DNA of 64,000 nucleotides from Mytilus edulis (Eukaryota), in contig NC_092346.1 in the NCBI RefSeq assembly GCF_963676685.1, forward strand, positions 96,224,001-96,288,000, in the 5' to 3' direction. Position numbers and translations under genes: made by a program. The notes under the pieces are model-generated. The model was not told the origin of the DNA. It made no database searches and saw only the letters and a list, made by a program, of their open reading frames with translations. Below, one piece after another: positions 53,251 to 64,000 of the stretch; the stretch's first letter is position 1; each line of letters begins with the position of its first letter.

Positions 53251-53466
53251 ATGGTGAATGTAACTAAAGGAATCCTTGTAGAATGTGATCCAGCTATGAA
53301 ACAGTTTCTCCTTCATCTCGACGACACAGAAGCATTTGGTCGCAAATTCGTCATCCAAGATCTGGGTGAAAACTGCCTATTCATCTCATCAGACATTCTA
53401 GAAACATTACAAGATAAAATTGACGATATAATGGATAGACTTTCTTTTCCATTAGCTGAAAAATAA
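53251..53466 (+). CDS. GTF2H5: General transcription factor IIH subunit 5 (TFB5/TTDA/p8), 71 aa, single coding exon
   Basis: MVNVTKGILVECDPAMKQFLLHLD...KFVIQDL...LF is the Tfb5 signature; acceptor TGTTTCAG ends at 53235. Confidence 0.96.
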   Translation: MVNVTKGILVECDPAMKQFLLHLDDTEAFGRKFVIQDLGENCLFISSDILETLQDKIDDIMDRLSFPLAEK

Positions 53467-53581
53467 CTCTGCTGAAAAGAACATATTCTCAAATTTGTCA
53501 TTTCTTTTTTCTTTATCTTTATTTACATATCATATACAATCATTTGACAATAGGTATTTTTTATACTTAAAATTAATAAAA

Positions 53582-56500
53582 ATGAAAACAAAACTATCCT
53601 GGAGCTGGATTACATCCAAAAGATTAATGAAAATCAACAGTCCACTTTTTGAAGAGGGAAATATTATTTGTTGCTTAGCAACAAAACATGTTACCTACAA
53701 AGAGGATGTGGACGATTTACTTGAAAGGTAACTGAAAAAAAGTCCAATACATGTACTTAGAATGTGTATGGAATTTTGTTTGCTATTTCTTTGCTGAGGA
53801 TGAAATGGATTTTCCTCATGACATTTTTTTTTTAAATCAATAGTTAAACAGAAAATAAGATAGTGAAAAACAGACAACAAAAATCTATTTGCAATATAAG
53901 CAGACATACATTCCCCATTTCCATTCTCAATTTTATATATGACTTATCTTAGTTGAAAATTGTACATATAAATATATTGTTTTCTTTTAATGATTAGATA
54001 CATGCATTGTGCACATATATAGGAGAAATTACATGTCATGTACTTTAAAGATATACAGATGTCATAAAACAAACTTGTTTATAAAAGATAACAGATTTAT
54101 TAAACCAGAAAAGAACATTTTTCCCCTAGTAAATAACTAAAGAACTTTATATAACTTGTAGTAAATCCAAAATACTGAGTAAATGTAGATCAAAACATGT
54201 TACATAAAAAAATGTATTATTTCTAGGAAACAAACATTTAACTGTGGTATAGGAACATGTGACAAATCCTTCCAGTCCTTAGCTGAGTAAGTATTTATAA
54301 CCCCAAATCAATGGCAGGCTGTAAACAATCATGTGAGTAATTCTCATCAACACAGATGTCAATGGACCAATGAATCACAGCATTCATATACATATACAAG
54401 GTCACAATCAGTTATCTGATTGTACATGTACTGTAGTTATGAACATATGTCACAATAGCTTAAATGAAACAGAAAATTTCTTGACTATTTCCATTGGTTA
54501 ATTTGTATTTAAATAAGCTTTGCAGATTTTTAAAATTTTTATTTTTTTTTCAAAGTTTTAACTAGAAAAAACTATATATTGCATTAAAAAACTAAAAATG
54601 AAGAAACAGATTTTTAAAATGAATGAGACTTGATTTCAGATATGAATCCCATTATAACAGTATCCATAGAAACGTTTGCAGTATATGTAGGAGATTTTAT
54701 CCATCCAGTCACCTATTAGATATTCATCTGTTAGAGTGGCATGATTCAATGTTTGAATTAATGGCAGAAAAACAACACATGGTAAGCTGTACTCAGTAGT
54801 TATTCTTTTTAAAAAATGGGGTTGTTTTAACAACATTTAGACATTCATCCAACAAAGCAACCAAAGTAGAATTACATTATTGTGAACAGATAACAAAATT
54901 TCTGAGACCTCTAAATCTCCAGAGATGTGCTGTAAATATCAATTAGACATCAATCTGATAACACTTTTATATAAAAAATATCGAATTTTTTTAAAGAAGA
55001 GCATTTAAATTCACTGTTAGAATAGCCTTTCACGAAAGATGAGAACACCTATACAATACATGGGATCATAGATGAGAGCCCCTTTGCAATACAAGAGATA
55101 GCCAGTCCATAGTGTTATTTGTAATTTATTCTATATTTGCATCAACATGATATTCCTGAAATGCTTTGAGTCAGAAGTGTGAAAATATTCAAATTCTTAA
55201 CTTCTCCATGGGCAAACTCTGTACCAAATATTAAGAAGAAGATGTGGTATGATTGACAATGAGACAACACTCAACAAGAGACCAAATTTAAATGACACAG
55301 AAATTAACAGCTATAGTTAATCTGCTTGCCCCAACATTTTGTTTACTTGTCCCTATATAGCTACTGGTTGTTCTATATAGAAATTACACATTTCAAGGAT
55401 GATTTGAGATGGTCAAGGGAGTTTGTAGATTAAAGATTTTTGAATATTGAACTCCAATAAGGATATATTCATATCATGATACACAATTCTGTATGTTTGA
55501 ACCCTAATGAAAAAATAGTTTTATTCTTTAATTATAGTTTCAGTGTCTTATTCCTACATGCAGTATGAAGTTAGCTAATCGAAAACAAAGAAAAAATCAC
55601 ATGATAAAGGTTCATAGGTATCCTAGCAACTTCAGGTTTGACAGAGAGAAGACATCAAATAAAAGGTAACAGTACCTCTATACTGAGGTTCAATTCTCAA
55701 ATAGCTTTGAACCATTCCTTTTGATAAAAAATCTGAACTCTGACTCCTATTCTTTATTCAAGTGAACAAACCTTGCAAAACTTACTTTTTGTATGGAATA
55801 TAAACATAAGAAGATGTGGTATGATTGCCAATGTGGCCCGAGAACACAGTTATTTTGTAGTGCATTTCTTTTAGACAATAAATTCAAATTAAAAAAATCG
55901 CACCTGCTCTTTCTCAAAATGATTTTTACAGTGTAGTGTACTACTAGTGAGACAAATAATATCAAAATTATAGAAACTTCTACCAGCTCTAACTCAAAAT
56001 ATTGACAATTCTGTGTTAAGGGGGTGTAAAATTCAGTTTGACAGCTTCAGACGTGATAAAATTTGACCTTTTTGAACTGGACCAAATCACTATTTAACAT
56101 AAAGATTCAGCACCCAAATTTTTTAAACATGTAATTACATCCCCCTACTTAATATTTCATGCATTAAATATCAAGAAATAAATTGGAAAAGTGTATTAAA
56201 TAAAACATGCAAGTTATACACTGTTCACACTAGGGACTATATTCGTAGACAACGAAAACCAAAGGACGATAACTGTGTCCTTGGACCTAATAGGATAGAA
56301 GGACTTGACTAATCTTAATAAAACTTTGCATAACCTAAGCTTAGGGAATTATGAGATAGTTTGCCAAGTTTCATGGCCATAGGGCATATATTAGAGAATA
56401 TAGGGTCATTTTAGTATTGACATTTGGATGTTTATTTTTGACGTATAAATCAAATATCTTCAACTGTCAAGATTTTGGCCTAAAAATTTTAAATTTTGCA

Positions 56501-59500
56501 AAAAATTGCTTTTTAAATGCTCTTGAATATTATATATTAAAAAAAGTATTAAAAGCATCTGAACAATCATTTTATTTATCAGATGTATTGTTATTATTCC
56601 AAGGTCAAATTTATATGAGCCTATGCCTGAAAATAGAGATTTTCAAATTCGGGGAAGCCTTATATAAATATGCACTTTTCTCAGCCAATTCGAAGTTTTT
56701 AAAGTTTTTTAAGCCTCAATTATTCTTTCATATATTTTAAATGTATAGAAAAGTTACAAAAAGTATACCACATGAGTATAAAATGGTCTTGGGCCATGTA
56801 GTACTGAGAATTATTTAGAGTAGATTTAAGCAGTGTCCCATATTGACATATAAAAATGCACACACAAGCTATAAGAAATGAAAATGGGTCACTTTTTGCT
56901 CATTTATATGCTAAGGTGTTATGATACAAGAAGTCTAATTGCAAAAGGACTCTTGCATTTAAATTTTTTGAAAGACAATATGGTCTGATGGCCAGTTTTT
57001 TCACTTTTCAATGGAAAACTTGCATTTAGTTTTAGTCTCAATAGGCATAAATTTGGACCACTTACTATCATACAGAAAAAAAATATGGTAGCATATGAAA
57101 GTAGTAAGGTGTACTGAACTTAGTTAAGTACTTTTTTTACAGATTTAGTGAAATATTTGTGATGGACTACAGATTTGATGTACAAAGCTCTTCACATTTT
57201 ACATTCATCAATTAGGCCGTTTAACCAGGGCCGTGAATACAAAATATGCTGCCCATTTTTTCTGTGATAATCTACTTTTCTCTATATTCAGAGTTCATAA
57301 ATGGTTAATTAAATTTGATTTAAGCATAGAAACACAAATATCAAGAACCAAAAAGCTGTCAGAAAGAAAGTCAGCATGCCTCTTAGGCATGAAATGTAAA
57401 CTGCTTTAAAATGCTTATTTTAGCCGTAAAATGCCAAAATGGCACGTTTTAACAGAATTTCTGTAAACCAAAGATGTAAATCCTTTACTTTGTTTGAGTT
57501 TGACAAATTGAAACCAACAAATCATTCAGGAAATTTGTCAAAGTACAGAATGTAGATTTCAGGAATCCATCTCTTAGGCCAGAGAACACAGTTATTTCGT
57601 AGTGCATTTCTTTTAGACAATAAATTCAAATTAAAAAAATCACACCTGCTCTTTCTCAAAATGATTTTTACAGTGTAGTGTACTTCTAGTCTGACAAATA
57701 ACTTCAAAATTATAGAAACTTCTACCAGCTCTAACTCAAAATATTGACAATTCTGTGTTAAGGGGTGTAAAATTCAGTTTGACAGCTTCAGACGTGATAA
57801 AATTTGACCTTTTTGAACTGGACCAAATCACTACTTAACATAAAGATTCAGCACCCAAATTTTTTTAACATGTAATAACATCCCCCTACTTAATATTTCA
57901 TACATTTAATATCAAGAAATAAATTGGAAAAGTGTATCAAATAAAACATGCAAGTTATACACTGTTCACACTAGGGACTATATTCGTAGACAGCGAAAAC
58001 CAAAGGACGATAACTGTGTCCTTGGACCATGTGACAACTCTCTACTAGAGACCAAATGACATAGAAATTAATAACTATAGGTCAAAGTGAAGGCAAGACA
58101 AGATATCAATCCTGTTGTGTATTCCATTTTTATATTGTTGTTCCATATTATGATTTTACTTTACCGCATCAAAATCTTTCTCCAGTTCTTGGTTAAATGA
58201 TCTTAAATTGACTAAAAGGACTCTAAAAGTTCCAACATATTACCTACACTCAAACCAACACAAATAACTGATGTGCAAATTTAAAACAAGTGACACATAA
58301 ATATTGTTAAAAATAGGTTTCATAGTTTTTAAGTTGACCATGTTGACAACACAAGTGCTTTACTGTTTCCTATCTCCGTTAGGCCAGAACATTTTCAATC
58401 TCCTGAATAAAAGAACGATTGTCAACAAAAATACAGTTACAACTAATATTATGGAGAATAATATTGTATCAATGTTATGCTCACAGTTACTGAAAGCAAG
58501 CTCAAAATGCTTAACCTTCTGATAGTAACTAAACTTTTTATGCTTCTTTAATCTGGGTAGTGGTAGACGTTTTTGCCTTGCGTGTGATGTTCACCACTCA
58601 TAGTACTAGTCTTATTGCAAAGTTAATTCTTCCAGCAGGGGTTAATCTCCACAAACTTTTTTCTTATGAGTAATGGACCCTTACTCTCTACTTATTAAGA
58701 TGATCTTGTGAGTTTCTGGAGTAAACACACTTTCTTATAATATTCACACATGACAACAAAACATAAACAATCTATTTTCTTTTTCAATAGTTCAAACACA
58801 AATAAAAAAGGTAGAGCACCCATAACCATGGAAACAACAGTAAATACCAACAAAGAGAACAAACAGGAATTACTAGATAAAATTCCATGTGGAACCTCAT
58901 CAGAATCAACCTCTATGGAAACAGAAAGGGATAACAGTAATGACCTTGGACTGAAACTTCAAGATAAGAGTCTTCCAGTAACCTTGTCAGAATCTATGTC
59001 AATGGAAACAGAAGTTGACAAAGAGAATAGACCTAAACTCAAGTTCAGCTATAGGTAGTGTACTGTTAATTCAAAAATTATTGGGGGCATTTATTATTTG
59101 GACTGTTTTGCAATCAACACAAATGCTAGTTGAATTATTGCTGTTTTAGGGAATACTGTATTTACCATTGCTTTTAATTTACAGATGATGAATATTAATG
59201 ACATCTTTATTATTATACTGAGAAAAAAAAGTTTTAAAAACTAACCTTTTCAATATAAGATTTAGGACAAGTGCAAACACATACAGTGGGTTTAAACATT
59301 TTAACAGGCGCCAACCTTCACCCTAACCTGAAACAAAAGTGTAACATCACAACATAATTGAAATTGCTTAACTCAATATGTGTTTGTTTTTCACCACAAG
59401 TGAGGCCCCTCATGGGGGGGGGGGGGGGTCCTAGTAATCACATAATCACCATTTTTTTGCCAATATAATCACATAATCATTAAATATTTGCTTATCTTTA

Positions 59501-61061
59501 GTAATCAAATAATCATAAACTAAAAATACAGTCCTAGGTAATCAAATAATCATGAAATATTTGGCTTAATAATCAAATAATCATTAAAAACACGGCCAAG
59601 TAATCACATAATCAAAAACCCCATGAGGGCCCTCACAAGTAGTAAATAAATCAAATATGAGGAGGGTTAATTATTGTCTTTGTGTCCTAATAATGAATTG
59701 GATGAAGGCAATGAGTATCATCATATTCTACACATGCATGTGTGTTTGAGAAAGAGGATCACAAGGGAATGCACTAATTTGATATTGACTATAATTGAAA
59801 AGATTAATGGCTTATCATACAATATATTTCATAATATATAATAAAATACATTAGCACCAATGGGAAGAAAGGGATGGGCACAAAAAAGATGAAGAAAATA
59901 GATGTGGGGTTTGTATCAATGAGATAGAAAGCTAATGATACAAATAACAAAAAAAACATCTAAGAGGTCAACATACAATCTTCAACATTTAACAGGTTTT
60001 ATATAATATGTCAAATATTAAATACTAATTTTCATCAGGCATGTACAGTTAAGGCTCACCTAATTATTTCACAAAATAAAAGGCAAACATGTCTTTTATT
60101 TATACTACAGTAAAATTGTTATACCTACCTATATACAAACAAGAGGGAGGAGTGTATAGGAATCTCTGTCTGTCCAACTGATCAGGTCATATCAAGCTTA
60201 TAACTTTTGAATGCTATTAATTTTTACCTGGTATCAGGGTATGGGATCCTACTTTATGGGATGTGTGTCAAGGTTGAATTGTATGCCTGCAAGGTGAATT
60301 TAGGTCAAGATCAGGAGTATAGTTCAGTCTTATATCCAACAATACAAAGTGCTCTCTTGACTCATAAAATGAATGTTTTAAAAGATATCATATGATTGTA
60401 ACATGATATTATGGTATATAAAAGAAGATGTGGTAGGATTGCCAATGAGACAACTGTCCACAAGAGACCAAAATGACACAGACATTAACAACTATAGGTC
60501 ACCGCAAGGCCTTCAACAATGAGCAAAGCCCATACCGCATAGTCAGCTATAAAAGGCCCTGATATGACAATGTAAAAAAATTTTAAACGAGAAAACTAAC
60601 GGTCTTATTTATTTATATAAAAGAATGAATGAAAAACAAATATGTCACACATAAACAAACAACAATAACTGAATTACAGGCTCCTGACTTGGGACAGGCA
60701 CATTCATAAATAATATGGCAGGTCCAATCAGTTTGTAAAGTCAGAAAGGACATTTTGGCCATAACTGTTCAATTTTACTAAAACTTAAAAAATGTCAGCA
60801 TAAAAAGGGAATAGATGGGGATTTACATATTATATCAATGCATTGTGTCATGTTACTCTAGCTATCAATTATTTTTTCAGAGTACCTCAGAATTTTTCTT
60901 TTGGACATGGTGTATCTAAAGGATTTCAGCGGTCAAGAGGACGAGGTCGTGGAAGTAAAGCTAAACATTGGCACAACCAATTACCAGAAAACAAAAACAC
61001 AGAAATGGACATTGAAAACATAGATATGAATGATCTGAATGATGCTTTAAACACAACATAG
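53582..61061 (+). CDS. ZNF511: Zinc finger protein 511-like (3 C2H2 fingers), about 306 aa, 6 coding exons
   Basis: Exons 53582-53727 (..LFEEGNI..), 54227-54286 (FNCGIGTCDKSF), 54640-54781 (YESHYNSIHRNVCSICRRFYPSSHLLDIHLLEWHDSMF), 55538-55665 (FQCLIPTC...RKNHMIKVHRYPSNFRFD), 58791-59054 and 60881-61061 (VPQNFSFGHGVSKGF). Sum 921 nt, phases consistent; motifs match ZNF511 as recalled. Confidence 0.92.
55835..58028. mobile_element. Composite element: two direct ~453-bp MITE copies (55835-56287, 57577-58028) flanking 1.29 kb
   Basis: Each copy has TIR GGCC.GAGAACACAGTTAT / ATAACTGTGTCCTTGGACC; a single TSD ATGT occurs only at the outer ends. Confidence 0.85.
59402..59634. mobile_element. 233-bp MITE with 6-bp TSD
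   Basis: TIR GAGGCCCCTCATGGGG / CCCCATGAGGGCCCTC; ACAAGT on both sides; internal TAATCAMATAATCA repeats. Confidence 0.8.
60420..60705 (+). repeat. Dispersed interspersed repeat (AAGAAGATGTGGTA.GATTGCCAATGAGACAAC family)
   Basis: Related starts at about 55236 and 55808 (split copy); degenerate copy at about 46085. Confidence 0.7.
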
Positions 61062-63017
61062 CTATATAGAATAACTGTTACTTTTAAGGGGATAAAAAAA
61101 TAAAAGTTGAGCTGAACCATGATATATACGTCTTTATCTTAAATGGCAATAATATACCCTTGTCCATACATCTATTTTTCTATTCATCCACACTTTGTTT
61201 TTTTCAACACAAAGAACAAAGAAGATTGATTAAATAGACCCAGAGTATTATATAAATTTTATTTTTGTCCAGACTTTACATTACTTTAATATAATGTCTG
61301 CAGATCCAAAGTTTTGTGCACAACTGTAAAATTATTATTTTAATTTTGAACATCACTTTGCACTGATTGACTGACTTTTCCCAATAATGAATAGGCATTC
61401 ATGGCGTCCCTACATGGTTATGTTACATCTATGTCATTTGGTGTTTGGGGGATATTAGTCTCATTGGTTAATCATACATCATGTTCTTATTTTTGGTCTT
61501 CTGAAGACCTATGGGACCGACTTTAAACTCATTGAGCCTCCGTATGCCGCATTCGTTTCTGTGTATTACAATTTCATAACAACTTAAGATTCCTGACACC
61601 GATTTTTACACATGATTAAGCATCTGAATCATTTAATTTGTAAATTAGGATTGAAAAACAATCACTATCGTAAATATGACCTTTTTATTTATGTAAATTA
61701 ATAGATTTCATCTCATCCACATGAAATCCATGAACGTTATTTGTTTACTTGTAACCGGATGATTTTACTGTAGATATTTGTAGTACGCATGCATCAATTT
61801 GGTATCGGGACAACTCGCCCTGTTTACAAGTTCGCCCTTGAAGTTACAAATTTTCAATCTTGCAGACAAGAAGATTTTGTTTTTAATAAATAAAAAGGAT
61901 CTATTTCTTATTAAATTGGTGTCTTTATTCATTGTTTTCCTTGTCATGTGAATTAGATGCCTTTCTACTTAAATGGTTTGAATCTATTTATAAAATTATT
62001 CAAGACTCAGTTGACAAGAGCAGTACGTTACTGTTGGGAGAATTTGATTAAACTCTAAATGCTCATAGAATAAGAAATATAATTGAAACTGAATGTACTT
62101 CCTTCTGAATAATTTATTGCAATATAAATATAAATCCCTTTTGACAAGAGAAATCTGACTTTTGTCAGAAATATTTTTTTCGCATGTGCAAAGGTAATCA
62201 CGTGTGGCGGCCATATTGGTTTGTTTACAAATATGTGAAGAGGCCTGTAGAACCATGACCTAAACATAAATAGTCTCTGAAAGCGTAAACTTTATGCAAT
62301 ACTATTTTATCAATCATGATTATTTTCATAAATTTAAATTTGATTATTTAAAGAAATAAAATTATAACAATTACGATTTTAGATAAGAGATTCTACTCAG
62401 ACATGCTGTGATCTATTTATAGCCAAATTAGTTTACCTATGTGAAAATGTAAATAATTTGTTTACTAAACAAGTAAAGACAAACTATGGATGGAAGATAA
62501 TAATTTACATAAATATTTCAGGACATTTGATTGATTTTAATAAATATAGGATTTAAAAACTGCAAGTGGAAACAAATTTAATCATTAGCTACATAATCAG
62601 CTGATAATTTTTCTCGCAAACATCGTGGTGAATCACTCCATCAATCCTCCAGCCCTTTCACATATTAAAGCAATAGATCTACTTATTATTGTAGAATATT
62701 CATTGAATATACATTCATCGTCTAATTGAATATATCGGGTAATCGGATATTTTTAGCTGAAATTTTGGGTATCCGATTGTCCGGAGTCTACTGTACTACC
62801 ATAAACATGATAAAGATAGTAAATAGTATTTTTTTTTCACTAATTAATTGACATAATACTGGTTGTAACATATTTTATTTTTGTATTCAGGTTGGGACCC
62901 CTCCACAATATATATATATATATGGTGGTGTTTAACGACCTTGACTGGCTGTACAGCCCTCGCACGGTCGGCTCGGTGCCCGAAGGCGTTTGATGAGCTT
63001 TATCATATTTTGATGCC

Positions 63018-63073
63018 ATGGGTCAGGAACAAGTAGTGGAGGTCGCAATATGTAGGCCGCCATCTTGGTTTTG
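63018..63073 (+). CDS. Candidate first coding exon of an unidentified downstream gene
   Basis: GCCATGG Kozak context, MGQEQVVEVAICRPPSWF, strong donor TG|GTGAGT; no further exon confirmed in the window. Confidence 0.3.
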
Positions 63074-63677
63074 GTGAGTTGTTTTTGGTTTTTGACTATT
63101 TTGGATTTTACTTCTTCACAACGGCTGCTTTCAGGGCCAGTTTAAAGTGGGAAAATTCTTATATTTGGAACAACTTTTCTAAATGAGGGAACAACAGAAA
63201 ATTCTTTTGACATATTTTGACCATTTAGTACTTAATAGATGCATAGTTCTTAGGGGAAAGTTTCATCAAATAATATGAATAAAAATGTGCTCATTTTTTT
63301 TTACAGTGGGTTGTAATGTTCTTCCAATAAGGTTACCCCTCATTTGGAGTGTTGTTCCCAACCTGTTAAAGGTCCATCTTTGTGTGCATAATTCAAAATT
63401 GGAAATTTCAACAAGCATCTAAAAATTAATATTCTTACGCAAGAAAATAAACACTGATCTGCTAGCTTCATCTCTTCCACCGATTTAATAACTAGAATCA
63501 TGCAAACAGACTTCAGAAAAAGGCATGTAAGTTCATCATACAAATATGACACTTTCTCTAGACAATACAGATCGTGCAAAATACTTCGCTTAAAATTGTA
63601 ACCTTAAAATTGTTGTTGTGCACTAAAAACCCCTATGGGAACTTTCAAAAGTTGGCGGGTATGTAACAAGCCTTACT

Positions 63678-63938
63678 ATTTTTATGCTCCATTTATGGGC
63701 ATTATGTTTTCTGGTCTGTCCGTTCGTCCTGCTTCTGGTTATAAAGTTTATGGTCGAGGTAGTTTTAGATGAAGTTGAAATCCAATCAACTTGAAACTTA
63801 GTGCACATGTCTTCCTTATGATATGATCTTCTTAATTTTACTGCCAATTTAAAGATTTTACCTAATTTTCACAGTCCACTGAACATAGAAAATGATTGTA
63901 CGGATGGGAAATCCATGTACTTATGACCTTTTCTTGTT
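63678..63938 (-). mobile_element. Degenerate Helentron/DINE-like element
   Basis: Aligns by eye to 16446-16766. Confidence 0.7.
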
Positions 63939-64000
63939 TGAAAAAAAAAAACAACATCATAACGATAATGGATCAAAGCACCCTTGGTAAGTGGGGCTGC

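Noticed and set aside
58145-58715. Possible minus-strand exons inside ZNF511 intron 4
   Set aside because: Splice-like signals exist but frames contain stops and no recognisable protein could be assembled.
63018-63073. Naming the candidate downstream gene
   Set aside because: 18 codons are insufficient; no symbol assigned.

Overview
AT-rich, intron-rich animal genomic DNA. The repeat landscape suggests a bivalve mollusc, possibly Mytilus (inference). Four protein-coding genes could be assembled by hand with consistent GT-AG phases: (1) a B3GAT3-like glucuronosyltransferase (minus strand, 4 coding exons from 5596 to the left edge, 3' end outside the window); (2) a complete 18-coding-exon POMT1 (minus, 46389 to 25824, about 785 aa); (3) an intronless GTF2H5/TFB5 CDS (plus, 53251-53466); (4) a 6-exon ZNF511 (plus, 53582-61061, about 306 aa) whose ATG lies only 115 nt after the GTF2H5 stop. 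The rest is transposon-rich: a BEL/Pao LTR element lacking its RT catalytic core, many MITEs, Helentron/DINE-like elements, LINE fragments and a MITE-bounded composite element with a single target-site duplication (TSD). Two patterns stand out. First, intronic tandem repeats are repeatedly built from a genuine exon-intron junction (7 junction cases in two genes plus one at the POMT1 stop), giving dozens of decoy splice sites. Second, GTF2H5 and ZNF511 appear to form one transcription unit encoding two unrelated proteins. All calls are from manual reading; no database searches were run.
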